DNA from: Scenedesmus sp. PABB004
Lineage: Eukaryota
Length of the DNA stretch: 64,000 nt
Assembly: GCA_014905635.1 (NCBI GenBank)
Contig: JABVCE010000008.1
Span: 1,116,001-1,180,000 of the forward strand
Reading direction: 5' to 3'
Shown: positions 1 through 12,738 of the stretch, one piece after another
Numbering within the stretch: position 1 is the first letter of the stretch
Layout: every line of letters begins with the position of its first letter
Notes under the pieces: generated by a model
What the model was told of the DNA's origin: nothing
What the model saw: the letters and a program-made list of their open reading frames with translations, nothing else
Databases searched by the model: none
Program-made: the position numbers and the translations under genes

Positions 1-704
1 CAGCGCGGCGCGCGGGACGCACTCGCTGTGGCTCGGGCGCTGCACGGTGGCACGCCTGACACACCCTCCCCCTCCCCCGCTCCGCGCGCCTGCCGCCGCC
101 GCCAGCCGGGGGCCGGGCGGGGCAGCTGGAGGCGGTGGTGCACCAGCACCTGCCCATCTTTCACACCGAGGCGTGCCTCTTCTGCAGGTGCGGCGGCGCT
201 CGCCGCGCGCCCCGCGGCGGCCGCTTGGGCCCGCACCCCTGCGCGGCGGGCGCGCCGACCCGCCCCGCCCCCGGCCGCGCCGCGCCCCGCGCGGCGCACA
301 GGTTCCTGTCTGACGGCAACAGCTACCTCGACTGCGGGCACCCCTGCGAGCGGCACAGCGTCGCGCTGCGCGACGGGGCGGGCGCGGACCACCTGGTGCT
401 CGCGGACCAGGGCTGCCGCAACACCGTGTTCAACGCCACGCCGCAGTCGGGCCTGTTTGAGATCCCCCGCCTCGCCGCCGCGGGGTTTGGCACGTTCCGG
501 CTCGAGCTCGTGGGCACGGAGCCGCCACAGCTCGTGGCCGCGCTGCTCGAGGCATACCGCGCGGTGCTGGTCGGCGAGGCGCGCCCCGGCGCCGCGTGGG
601 CCGAGGTGCGCGCCGCGTGCGGCGGGCGGCTCACGCCGGGCAGCCTCGAGGTGAGCGCGGAGCGCGCGGCGGGCAGCCTGCGCCCGACCGCGCGGCGGCG
701 GTGA
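1..704 (+). CDS. Peptidase U32 family / RlhA-like RNA hydroxylation protein, 3' part only (spliced; 5' end outside window)
   Basis: Exons ~126-188 and ~302-704 join to VHQHLPIFHTEACLFCR|FLSDGNSYLDCGHPCERHSVALRD...LADQGCRNTVFNA, the Cys-rich C-terminal region of long bacterial-type U32 proteins; TGA at 702-704. Confidence 0.7.
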
Positions 705-772
705 GGCGGCCGGCTGGTCGTGCTGCGCGCTGGGTCGGCATCGCTGTTACCGCGACCGCGACCGCGACCGCG

Positions 773-3103
773 TCACTTGGCGGGCGGCCAGATGCCGCGC
801 ACGTGGCCCGTGCCGTGCGTGAGCATGCGCACCGGCGCGACCGACAGCAGCGCGCCCCCGTCGGCGGCCGCGGTGAATGCCTGGCCCAGGCCCTCCAGGT
901 ACTCGCCCGCCGCCTTCTGCGCCGCCTCGAGGCTCTCCCCGCTGCTCACCTCCAGCAGCATGTCGACGGTGGCAGGGCCGATGCGCGTCGCCTCAGAGTT
1001 GATGACCGGCGACACCGACAGCACGCACCCGCGCGCGTCGCGCAGCACCGCGTACAGCGGCGCCGCCTTGGAGGGCCTGTCCTGGATGTATGAGAGGTAG
1101 CGCAGCATGCTCTTGTCGCCAGCAAAGTAGGCCGGCAGCTGCGCCGCGGTGATCGCCTGCCCCGGCGCAAACGCGGCCGCCGCGGCGGCCGCCGCCGCCG
1201 CGTCGGCCGCGTCGTCCGGCGGCGCCGCGTCCTTGTCGCGCGCGAGCGGCACAAAGCTGATGTCGCCTGGCGGCCGCGGAGCGCGGCAGGCGGGGGGCGT
1301 CGGCGGCCCCGGCGGCGCAAGCGGGCAGCCGGCCAGCGCGCGGTAGAACGAAGAGCACCGCAGCGCGGCGCGCACTGCGCACCCGGCGGCAGCGCCTCGT
1401 ACTGCAGCGGCAGCGCGAGCTTGGCCAGGTCGTGCGTGCCGATCGCGGCGACGGCGCGCTTGCCCGACGCCTCGTGGATGGACGTCTGCAGCGCGATCGC
1501 GGCGTCGAGCAGCCCCGCGTGCGCGGCAAAGTCGACGCCCCGCAGCACCGCGCACACGAGGTGCGGCCGCACGCCTGCGGCGCGCGGCGGCGGCGGCGGC
1601 GGCGTGGGCGGCGCGCGCGGCTGGCGGACTGGGCGCCCGCGCTCCCACCAGCGCGCACCTTTGACCTCTGCGTGCACGTGCACGTCCAGGCCCGCGTCCT
1701 TGTCCACCGGCTCCACCGTGTAGCGCCGCGCCGCCGCGGCGAGCTGCACGCGCGCGAGCGCCGCCGCCGCCGCCGCGGCCTCCTCCGCGGCGCTCGGCGG
1801 CGCGCCGTGCTTCTTGATGTGCGTCAGCGTGTTCTTCAGGCGGCCCTCCTTCAGCACCTGCACGGCGCCAGCGCCAGCGGCGGCGCGGGGCTCCCTGTGA
1901 GCTGCCGCGGCGCGCAGCAGCGCGACTCGCGGCGGCGTGGCCGCGGCGACGACGGCTCGCCTTGGTGAGCTTCTTGTCGTCAAACGGGTTTGGGTCGAGC
2001 AGCAGCGTCTTGATCTTGGGCGCCGCCGCGAGCTCCTGCGGCACGGCGCGCAGGCCGCAGTGCGTCGCCTGCAGCTCGCTGAGCTGGCTGAGGCGCGAGA
2101 TGCCGCTCGGCAGCGCGGTGACGCCGCCGTTGTGCGAGGCGATGAGCGTGGAGAGCTTGGGCAGGCGCGTTATGCACGCGGGCAGCGCCTGCCGGGCGCG
2201 GCGGGCGCGGCGGTGAGCCGGCGGCGCGGTGAGCCGGCAGCGCCCGGCCGGGCGCGCGGCGCGCGGCCGGCGGCGGTGGGCGGTCGGGCGCCGACCTGGA
2301 GCTGGTTGAATCCTACGTTAAGCGAGTGGAGCTCCGAGGCGGCGGCGAGGCTGTCGGGCAGGCTGGCGATCAGGTTCTTGCTGACGTTTAACGTGTGGAG
2401 GCGGGGCAGGCTGAATAGGCCGTCCGGGAGCTCCGTCAGCGCGTTGCCTGCGCGAGCGGGGCCGCGAGCAAGCGGGCGCGGCTCGGCCAGCAGTTGCGGC
2501 GGCGGCGGCGGCCCGCTCGCGCGCGGTCGCGGGCGCGCCGCGCCGGCTCACCCTCGAGCACGAGCGTGCGCAGCAGGGGCAGCTTGAACAGCCCCTCCGG
2601 CAGGCTGGTGAGGCCGTTGTTGGTTGCGAGCAGCTCTGCGGCACGCGCAGGCGCGCCGCGCGGCGGGGTTGCCGCCGCCGCGCACGCGGCGGGCGCGCCG
2701 GCTCCCGGCTGGCCGCTGCGCGGCCCGCCCAGCGCCGTGCGCCGCGCGGCGCGGCGCACCGTGCAGGTTGAGCAGCGCGCCGATGCTGGCCGGCAGCGCC
2801 TTGAGCAGGGGCGAGCCGGAGAGCTCGATGAAGGTGAACAGCGGCACGCCCTTGGCGTCGAGCGCCGTGCTGAGCGCCTCCGGCGGCGCGCTGGCGCCGT
2901 CCTCCTCCAGGCGCTTGTCCAGGGCCTTGCCGGTCAGCTGCGCGGCGGCGGGTGTGCCGGGTGCTGCGGTGGGGGCCGGCGGCGGCAGCTGCGGCGGCGG
3001 CAGCTCCAGCGGCAGCGGCAGCGGCAGCGGTGCCGGCGCAGTAGCGGCTCACCCGCAGCTCATGGCGGGAGCCGTCAATGGCCGCCTGGATCTCGGGCCA
3101 CAT
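773..3103 (-). CDS. LRRC47-like protein: N-terminal leucine-rich repeats plus PheRS-beta B3/B4-like domain (multi-exon)
   Basis: ATG 3103 (MWPEIQAAIDGSRHELR); LRR exons (LLATNNGLTSLPEGLFKLPLLRTLVLE; PQELAAAPKIKTLLLDPNPFDDKKL); B3/B4-like segment RPHLVCAVLRGVDF...LQTSIH...AAIGTHDLAKL...ISFVPL...LSVSPVINSEATRI. Confidence 0.75.
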
Positions 3104-3704
3104 CGCGCCCGCGTCCCGCGTCGGCGCGCGGGGCGGCTGCGGCGGCGGGTCGCGCGCGGATGATCGGCCGCTGAGAGCCGCGTCGTCGGCTGCGTTGCTG
3201 CGCGCACGGCGAGTGACGGCGCGTGTGAGGGCGCGCAGGGCGAGGGTGCGGAAAAGCAAGCGGGCGAGCGACGCAGACGAAAAGAAAGGGCGGGAGCGCA
3301 GCGCCGCCCGGGAGAACCGCCGGGCTCCGAAAAAAGCATGTTTTACAGCTCGTGCCGGCAGCGAGACAGGAAAATGTGCGGCCAGAGCACAGCATAGATA
3401 TCACCGGCGCGCGGCCGCAGCGATCGCTGCGGCGGCCACGCGCGGCGCATGCGTGTGCAGGCGCGCGGCGGCCGCGCGCCCCTGCATTGCTGCAGCCGGC
3501 GCCGCGCGCGCGACGCGTCCCGCCAAACTTTGGGCACACACAGACCACGACTTTGTGAATGGCAAACCCCGTCGCGCCTGCCTAGGAGAGGCCCCCAGAC
3601 TCACGAACGACCGACCGACCGACGCCAGCTTTCTGTCTGTCTACCTCGTTCCCACTGCCCAACTCTCGTCGGCCCAGCGCCGCTGCCGCCGCCGCTGGCG
3701 GCTC

Positions 3705-5404
3705 TCACTCGTGCGAGACGAGCAGCTGCAGCCGGCCGCCCGCGAAGCGCCGGCTCGCCGCGTCGGCGGCGGCGTGCACCGCCGCGGGCGCGACGTCCTT
3801 GCCGGCGCCAGCGGCGAGCGGCGGCGCGTAGTAGCCGTGCATGGTCGCCTCCGCAAACTCGCCGAAGCTCATGCCCGGGGACCAGTGCCCGCTGTCCAGG
3901 CAGAGCAGCGCGCCGAGCGCGTCCGCCCCGCGCGGCGCGTGCAGGCGCGCGGCCGTCTCCGGCTGCATGAACACGGCAAACGTGCTGCGCCCGACGCCGG
4001 GCGGCCCGGCCGCCGCGGCGCGCACGTAGTGCGGCGTCGCGCGCAGCAGGCCGCCGCTCTGGATGGCCATGACCTGCCCGACCTGGTACCCGATGTGCCC
4101 CGCCGGGATGGCCGCCTGCACGACCTCGCCGCCGCGGTCGCAGATGTAGAGCCCCGCACAAGGGTCGGGACACGGCACGACCGCGCCGCCGGCGGTGTAC
4201 ATCGCGCTGCACAGGCCTGGCGCCCGCCGCGGGGCGCGGGCGCGGGGCGGCGGCGCGCGTGAGCGCGCGCGCGGCGGCGCCGCGCGGGCAGCGCGCGCGG
4301 TCCGCGCGCGCATGGCAGGGCCGCGCCGCGGCCGCGCGCCGCGCACCCGTGAGCGCGCCGTGGTCGAGGTGCCAGCCGCACCAGTCCTCGTCGCCGCCCG
4401 CGCCGCCGCCCGCGCCGCCGGCCGCGGTGGCCGCGGGGAAGTAGTGCAGCAGGCGCGCCTTGTGGCAGCGGCTCGCGCGCAGCTCGCCCGCAAAGTCGAG
4501 CAGCGCCGCCTGCTCGGCGTCGAGCGGCGCGCCCGTCGCGTTGGCGAGCTGCGTGCGCACGTACTTGGCGCAGTGGTGCGCGAGCGCGAGGCCGACGTCG
4601 ACAATGAGGCGCCCGAGCGCCTTGACCGCGGGCTCGAGCCCCGGCAGGTCGCCCCGGGGCCAGACGTTGGCGCTGTAGTACGAGGGGTAGGCCGCCGCCT
4701 CGGCGGGGTCGACGTCCTCGTACGTGTCCTGCGAGCGGCGCCGCGCGCCGTGAGCGCGGGCCGTGGGCGCGGCGGCGCGCGGCGGCGCGCGGCGGCGCGC
4801 GGCGGCGCGCGGCGGCGCGGGCGGCGCGCGGGGGCTCTCGCGCGCAGGCGGTCGCGCACCCGCAGCGGGTTGGCGTAGAAGGAGCCCTTGTGCACGTCCT
4901 TGCGCCCGCTGCGCAGCGCCTCCTTGCCGTGCGACCAGCCGACGTTGTAGCTGCTCGCCGCGTGCTCGTGCGCCGCCTTGACGTGCTCCGGCAGCGCCTG
5001 CGCGGCGGCCGGCGCGCGCGCGGGCGTGGGTGGAGGGAGGAGAGCCTGCTGCTGCCGCTGGGCCCGGCAGCGGCCGCCGCCGCCGCCGCACCGCAAACTC
5101 GGCGGCGAGCGGCAGCAGCCGCTGCCGCAGCTCGGCAAACCCGGGCACGCCCGAGACCGTCAGGATGCCGAGGCCGTCGGGACCGAAGCCCTGTTCGCGG
5201 GGCGGGGCGGCCGCTCGGCACGGGCACGGGGCAGCGCGCGGGGGCGGCCGGGCAGCAGCAGATGCCGCAGACAGGGCCTCTGCCGCGCCCCGGCGTCCGC
5301 GCGTCCCGGACGCCCCTCACCTCGACCAGCTCGCGCGTGAGGTCGGCATCCGGGTCGACCACGCGCTCGTAGGGCAGCTCCACGACGCGGGCGCGCCGCG
5401 CCAT
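3705..5404 (-). CDS. 2-oxoglutarate/Fe(II)-dependent oxygenase (IPNS/DIOX-like), multi-exon
   Basis: Motifs SSYNVGWSHGKE, KGSFYANP, NVWP, KARLLHYF, WCGWHLDHG (HxD), GLLRATPHYV (distal His), RSTFAVFMQP. Confidence 0.88.
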
Positions 5405-5669
5405 CCGACTTCACCCGACGCTGCCGCCGCCCAGGCGCAGCCGCACGGTGCTACGGCGCAAGCAGGGGCGGGGCTGACACGTTCGCTGAGCCGGGGAGCG
5501 GCAGGCGTGGGCGGTGGCGGGTGTGAGGGGGCTGCTGCTCTTGGTTCGCGTGTCGTCTGGCGTGCTGGCGCCCGCCCCCACGAGACTGCTGCGTCGTCGG
5601 TGGTGCACAGCGGCAGCGCAGATCGGCAGGCGCGGGGGGAGTGGCGGCGGCGCGTCGAACGTTCAACCC

Positions 5670-5900
5670 TCAACCCTCGCCGCCGGCCCGCGGCTCCCGG
5701 GGCGCCAAGAAGGCGTGCAGGCTACTCTGCTTGCCGTCCCGTGGCGACACCACCACACCAGCCTTGGCCTTGCCGCCGCGCTTGGCCGGCGTGCCGGCGC
5801 GCTTGGCCGGCGGCGGCGCCGTGCGGGGCGGGCACTCCTGCTCCTGCTGCTGCGACTGCTCCTGCTCCTGCTGCTTCTCCTGCTGCTTCTCCTGCTGCTG

Positions 5901-5934
<34 letters not shown>

Positions 5935-7705
5935 TGCTGCTCCTGCTGCGGCGCCGGCTCCTCCTGAGCCGGCGCGGCGACAGGCGCCGCCTTGGCGGCC
6001 TTGGCGGGGGTGGCGTCCGCCGCGGGCTCCTCCTCGCGCGGGCGCTTGGCCGTGCTGCTGCTCCCGCCGCCGCCGCTGGCGCCGCCGCCGCCGCCGCCGG
6101 CGCCGCCGCCGCCGCCGGGCGCGGCGCGGCGCGGCGCGGCCTTGAACATCGCGGCGATGCTGCGCTGCGCGGGGTCGGCAAAGCGCTTGAGCGCTGCGCG
6201 CCACAGCGCGCAGTGCGCGCGCGGCGCGCCCGGCGGGGGCTCGGCGTCCAGCACGAGCGCGACTGGCGCGTGGTCGCTCCACTTGGGCGGCATGTCGCCC
6301 ACCACCTCGCACGACGCAACCGCCGGCAGCAGCGCCCGGGACACGAGCGCGTAGTCGATGCGCAGCCCCTGCGCCGCGGCCGGGCGGGCGGGCGGGGCCG
6401 TGGGCGGGCGCGCGCGCGCCGACGCGTGCGGGCGGCGGGCCGCCGCCGCCGCCGCCGCCGCCGCGGGCGTGGCGTGGCGTGGCGTGGCGGCGCGTCCGCG
6501 TGCAGCATCGGCGCGGCCGCGCACCACGTTGAACGCGCGCGCGCTCTTCTTCTCGTCCCACACGCTGAACACGTCGGCCGCGTCGGGGTGGCGCTCCCGC
6601 CACGCGTCGGCGAGGCCCCCCGCCGCCAGCAGCGACGCGAGCGCGGCGGGCTCGCGCGGGTCGTACAGGCCCTCCCACGCGATCGCGGCGTGCACGTCGC
6701 GGCGCTCGGCGGCGACGTTCAGGTCCCCCACGACGACGACCTGCGCCGCCGCCGCGCAGGCAGAACAAACCGTCAGCTGACTACGCCTGCGAGCCGCCGC
6801 CGCCGCCGCCGCCGCGCCGCCTGGCACGCGCGCCGCCTGGCACGCGCGCCGCCTGGCACGCGCGCCGCGGCCGCCGCGCCGTCACCTTGCGCCCCGCGGC
6901 GTGCAGGTCGTCGACCCTGGCGCGCAGCGCGGCCAGGAAGGCGAGCTTTGCGCCCAGGCGCGCGCGCGCGGGGCGGTCGCCCGCATTGGGGACGTAAACA
7001 TTCAGCAGCACGAAGCAGCCGTGGTCGGTCAGCACGCACCTGGCGCCCCCCAGCGGCGGCGGCGGCGGCGGGGAGCGGGCGGGCGAGAGCGGGTGGGCGG
7101 CGTGAGCGATGGGGGGGGCGGGCGGCGGGGGAGGGGGCAGCGCTGCCCGCGCGCCGCGCGGGCGCGGCGCGCGCCTGCCCTCGCGCTCGCAGCCGTCCGC
7201 CTCCAGCGGGTCCGCCTCCGCCGCGACCGGGGCGACGCGCTCGCGCGCCCACGTCGTCACGCCTGCGCCGCGCCGCGCGCGCGCCGGCGTCCGTGGCGGT
7301 GGCGCGGGCGCGGGCGCGGGCACGGCGCTGCGCCGCCGCGCGCCGGCCCGCAGCGAGCTGCGCCCGGCGCCGTGCCGTGCCGGGGCGGCGCACCGCTGTA
7401 CCCGGTCTTGCCCTCGCTGCACGCCCAGTACGACCGGTAGCCTGGCACGACCACGAGCTCCTTGGTCAGCTTGGCCGACGGCAGCTTGACCTCCTGCGCG
7501 GCGCCGCCGGCACGCCGTTGGCGGCGCGCGGCGGCGCGCCGCGCGGGCGCCGCGCCGCGCCGCACGCCGCGCCGCGCCGCGCCTGCAGGCAGACGATGTC
7601 AGCGTCGAGCACCGCGTCAAACCAGTGGGCCAGAGACTTGTGGCGAAGCTCCACATTGCGCAGCGTGGGCACGAGGCTGTTCACGTTCCAGCAGAAGATG
7701 CGCAT
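5670..7705 (-). CDS. Exonuclease III-family AP endonuclease (APE2/Xth-like) with low-complexity polyQ C-terminus
   Basis: MRIFCWNVNS, DIVCLQ|EVK, GYSG, LLNVYVPNAG, VVVGDLNVA, GLRIDYALVS, WSDHAPV are canonical EEP motifs. Confidence 0.9.
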
Positions 7706-8233
7706 CGCGCGTCGGCCGCCGGCGACGGCGCTGCTGCGGCCCCCTCGCCCGCTCGCCGCCCGGCGCTGCGCCGGCTACAGAAGGGGCGAGGGGAGAGGCG
7801 GGTACGTCTCTCGGCGCAGCAGCAGCGCGCGGCGGGCGATCCGCGCGGCGGCGGCAGCAGCGGCAGCGGCGGCAGCGCAGCGGCAGCGGCGCGTGCTGCT
7901 GTCGGCACCAGCGGGCGCACTGCGCGGGTTGGTGGTGGTGCGCGCTCACTGAGCATTTTCCAGACGGGACCCGGCGGCGGTTGAGCGTCCGTGAACCGCG
8001 GCGGCGGCGGTTGCGCTTCGCTGCCCGCACTGAACGCAGCCCCTCCCGTTCGCCCGCTCATCTCACCAGCTCTCACAGCTCACACGCGCGGCGCGGCGGG
8101 CAGCGGCAGCACCAGCGGCAGCCGGGGCCGCGAGCCAGGGCCAGGAGCGGCGGTTGCTCCCGCTGGCCGCGCCGCCACACGCGCACGACGCTCCAGCTGC
8201 TCGTGGAGCTCCGCCACAACTCTGAGCAGCAGC

Positions 8234-8816
8234 ATGCGCGCCGCCGGCGGCCGGGCGGCGCGCGCCGCCGCTGCCGTGCTGCTGGTCGCGGCTGCGGTCG
8301 GCGCGGCCGCCGCGGACGGCTGCGCCGTGACCTACGCCAGCAGTTCCAACCTCACCTGGAGGGGCCTGCCGCAGCCCCTGCTGCTCGGCGGCGTGGCGCA
8401 GGGCTGCGTCGCGGGCTGCCAGCCGCGCGGCAACGAGTGGTAAGTTGTCGTTGTCGCGCGGCTGGGCTGCCAGCAGCGCAGCACCCGGCGCTGCGCCCGG
8501 CGGCGCGCCTCCTGCTCACGCACGGCCGCGCGCGCGCGCCGGCCAGGGGTGCGGTGTGCGGCGCCGAGCCGGACGCGCTGGCGGTGATCAACGTCTGCGA
8601 GGCGTGGCAGCGCCCCGCGATCCTCGAGGTCGCGCTGCGCGTGAGCGGCGGCGCGGTGAACCGCTTCAGCCCCTGCGACCTCGTGTCCCAGCTCGGCAAC
8701 CGCACGCTCTGGCTCATCGGGTGCGCCGGGAGGAGTTCAACGGGGGGAGGGACGAGCAGCCCGGCCTGGCGGCAGGGGCCCGCGCGCGCAGCACCCCTGC
8801 TGGGCGACGCGCACAC

Positions 8817-8857
<41 letters not shown>

Positions 8858-10908
8858 CGGGCCGGGCGCGCAGCGACTCGCACACCAAGAACCTCTTCAG
8901 CGCGCTCCGCTGCTTCCTGTTCGACTTCTGGAGCCCGGAGCAGGGCGAGTGCGCGGCGAGCGCGGACGCCGCGCAGCAGGCGGCGCTCGAGCGCGCCGCC
9001 CTGCGCGGACACATCTACAACACGCCGCCGCGGTGCCTGCATCTTTTCAGCGGCGCGCGCGTCTGCCTGCTGCACAGCCCCATGGGCACCACGCTGCTCA
9101 CGGACGACCCGCAGGCGCGGCGCGCTGGCGGGGCCGGCCGCGGCGGCGGGGCATGCCCCAGCGCGCGCAAGCGCGCGCGCACGCGCGCGCGTGCCCACCG
9201 CCGCCCGGCCGCGCCGCCCGACTGCCCGCGCCCCGCAGGACCCCGGCACGCTGCAGCTGCTCCTCGGCGCCGCCGCGTCGCCGGAGGACGTCCTGGTGGT
9301 CAGCTTTGGGCGGTGGCACTCCAACAACTGCAACGGCGTCGACGCCGGGTTCGGGCCGGCGCTTGACCGCGTCGGCGCGTACCTCCAGTCCCAGCGCGCG
9401 ACCTTCCCGCACGCCTTCTTCGCGCCACCCGACCACGACCACACGCTCTGCACCGCCGGCGCCTTCAACGACTCGCTCCCGTACTGCCTGCCGGCGGCCG
9501 AGGGTGCGGGGCGTGGCGGGCAGAGCACGGCGCGCGCGGCGGGCAGCGCGTCGGGCCGCCGCGCGCCGACCGGCCCGCGCCCCGCCCGCCGCAGCCGGCA
9601 AGTCGCTGGCCGTCGGCGCCGAGCTGCACCGCCTCGCGCACGAGATCATGGCCAGCAAGTGCGCAGGCCGCCGGCTGCCGGCGCGCGCGGCGCGCCCCCC
9701 GCCTCCGCGCGCGCGTGCCGCCGACCGTGCGCGTGCCGACCGCGCCCCGCGACACCGCGCCGCACCGCAGGTACGGCGTGCCCGTCGTCGACTCGCACGC
9801 CGCGAGCGTGTTCCTGCACGACGGCCACGTGCAGCCGCGCCAGACGATCGCGGGCCGCGTCGACTGCCTCCACATGTGCCGCCCTGGTATGCCGGAGATT
9901 GACATCTGGTTCCTCTCGGCGGCGCTCGACGCGCACGGCCTGTCGGCCGGCGCGGCGCCCGCGCCCGCGCCCGCGCCCGCGCCCACGCCCGCGCGCGAGT
10001 GCGTGCGCCTGCCGGCGCAGAACTTCAAGCCCTTTGGCGCGCTCGCGCCGCAGCCGCCGGCGCCCGTGCTGGCGGACGCCGGCGCGGCGGGCAACACCAG
10101 CGCGGCGGGCAACGCCACCGGCGATGCGCCCAGGCAGCCCGGCGCGGCCGCCGCGCCTGGCGAGCCGCCCGCGGCCGCCGCAGCGCCGCCGGCCGGCGCC
10201 GGCGACGCGCCCAGCGTCGCCGCGGACACGGACCTGCTCCGCGGCGTGCCGCCGGCCAGCGTGTCGCCGCTGCTGGAGCTTGGCCCGCTGGCGGCCAGGC
10301 TGCTGGCGCCCGGCGCCGACCCGCTGTCTCAGTCACCGCTGGACCTTGCCACCGCGCTCTACCTCGACGCGCTGCAGCAGCGCGTCCGCGCAGAGCAGGC
10401 CGCCGCGGAGGAGGCGGAGGCCGCGGCGGCGGCGCCGGAGCCCTCGGCCGCGGAGCCTGCGGGCGTCGTCGGCGGCGCAAACGCCACTATTGCAGCGCCG
10501 GCGCCGCCTGCGCCTGAGTCGGCTGCAGTGAGCGCGCCGGCGGGCAGCTGCACCAACAGCACCGACGCCGCGGTCCAGCCAGCGGGCCCTGCGGCGTCGC
10601 CGTCCGAGCAGGCGGCGCCGGCAGCCGCGGAACCAGCAGCACCCGGTGCGCAGCCTGGCGAGCAGCTAGCTGCGCCTGGCGAGCGGCCGGCGGCGGCGGG
10701 CGCGGCTGGGACCGCGCAGCAGGGTGACCAGGGCGCGGCGGCAGCCGCTGCGGCAGCGGCCGCGACCCCTGCCGCAACGCGGCACGGCCGCGTTGCGGTT
10801 GCGGAGCCGTGGCGGGCGCGTGCGCGTGCTGCCAGGGCCCGCGCTGTGCCCAGCCGCGCGCCGTGGGAGGCGCAGGAGAGGCAGGGCGCCGTGGGGGATG
10901 CTGCCTAG
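8234..10908 (+). CDS. Secreted SGNH / trichome-birefringence-like (PC-esterase) O-acyltransferase/esterase with Ala/Pro-rich tail
   Basis: Signal-like N-terminus; NRTLWLIG|DSHTKN (GDS motif across an intron) and DCLHMCRPG (DxxH motif). Confidence 0.75.
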
Positions 10909-11194
10909 GCGGTCGCGACCGGCGCAGCGCGCAGGAAGGTGGTGGCGGCGGTGCCCGTCCCGGCGGCCCCTGACCAGCCGGCAGGCTGCGAGGGCTTGTG
11001 CAGGGACACTAGTGTCCAGTACTGATGCTGTAGATGCTGTTGATGCTGGCGCAGGGCCACGTCAAGTCACCAACACTGTAACTCAACACAGCGCGCGGCG
11101 CCCGGCGAGCTGCTCGGCAGCACGCTGCGCCTCTCTCTGGCTCTGCCTCTCCCTGCCTCTCTCCCTCGCTCTCTCCAGTCAGCATGCCGGCGGC

Positions 11195-12396
11195 TCACCC
11201 GGCGCCGCCGCCGGCAGCGTAGAGTCGGTGTTCGCGCGCGTACGCCGCGACCGCGTCGGGCACGAGCCAGCGCACCGGCTGCCCCGCTGCCAGCAGCTCG
11301 CGCGCCTTGGTGCTGCTCAGCTCGCTCGGCACCGGCTCCTCCACCAGGAGCACGTGCTCCCGGTGCGTGTGCAGCACGCTGCCGGGCTGGTCCAGCAGGC
11401 GCGCCGCGTCGGTGCCCGCGCGCGTCACGCACACCAGGCCGTGCTCCGCCAGGATCGCGTCCGGCTGCCGCCACAGCCCCGGCTCCGCGAGCGTGGCCAG
11501 CAGGTCGGCGCCACACAGCAGCATCACGCGCGGCACGGGCGGCGCGCGCGAGCCGCCGCTGTCGCCGGCGTGGCCGCTGCCCGCGGCCGCCGCCGCGGCG
11601 AGGCCGGCCGCGTGCACCGCCCCGAGCGACGCCTCCAGCGACGCCGCCACGTGCCGCAGCACCTGCGCGGGCGCCGTGCCGCACAGCGCGCGCGCGCTGG
11701 GCCGCCGCGCCGCCGGCGCGGGCGCGGGCCGCGGCGGCGCCGGCGCACCTCCAGCGTGCGCGTGTGGCCCGGCTGCCGCGCCTCCCAGGCGTCGACCATG
11801 ACGCCTGCCGTCTCCGCCGCGGCGAGGCGGCACATGGCCAGCCGGTGCTCCGCCGGCGCGAGGCCGTCTTTGCCGTACGCGTCTGCCACGGGCGACATGT
11901 AGCACCCCCAGACGTCATAGCCCCGCTGCCGGGACAGCGGCAGGCGGCGGTCGGGCGGCGGTCGGGCGGTGCGCGGCGCGGCGCCGGCCAGCGCGCGGCC
12001 GGCTGCCCTGGCGGCGCGCAGCGCCACCTGCGCCAGCGCCGCGACGGCGAGGTCAAACATTCGCAGGTGCGCGGCGGTGGGCGGGTTGAAGCTCCCGCAC
12101 GCGACGAGCACCGCCGGCGTGCGCGGCGGCGCCGCGGCGAGGTGGCAGGCCAGCTTGTCGGTGGGCAGCGCCTCCCCCGCGTCGGCGGCGTCCGCCGCTG
12201 CTGTGGCGGCGAGCCCGGCGGCGGCAGCGGCCGCCGCCGCCGCAGCGCCGAGAGCACCCAGCAGGCCGCCGGCGCCGGGCGCGCGCCTGCGGGCAGCGGG
12301 CAGCAGCGGCGGCCGGCGCTGCGGAGGCCTGCGCGGCGGAGGCGGCCGGGCCGGCAGGAGCAGGGCAGTCACCTGCTCTGCCGCTGCGACGCCCAT
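11195..12396 (-). CDS. NMNAT: Nicotinamide/nicotinate mononucleotide adenylyltransferase
   Basis: VLVACGSFNPPTAAHLRMF, YMSPVADAYGKDGL, VDAWE, VMLLCGADLL, ELSSTKAR. Start codon (MGVAAAEQ) is tentative. Confidence 0.9.
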
Positions 12397-12738
12397 GCAC
12401 GGCCCAGCGAGCCGCGCAGGAGCGGCTGCATCGCGCGGCGCCGCTGCTCGGGCGGCGCAGGGCGGTCGCGGGGATGTCGGAGCGCTGGGCTTGCGGGAGT
12501 ACGATGGACCGGTTGGCGTGCTGCTGGGGACTGCACGCATGACTTCGCCGCCCACTCGCTCGCCCGCCCGCTGACGCGCCCGCCCGCTCGGCTGCCCTGC
12601 CCAACGGCGGCCGATCGCGCCTGGCCCTGCCACAACGTCCGCTCGGTCCCCGCGTGGCAGCCGCATCACAGCCAAGCGCGAGCAGTCGACAGCGGCGGCC
12701 CCGCGCGGCGACGCTGCCGTGCGCTGCCGGCGCTGTCG

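Noticed and set aside
5514..7952. ORF with a long poly-Leu stretch resembling a membrane protein
   Set aside because: It is the antisense reading of the CAG-rich polyQ tail of the AP endonuclease.
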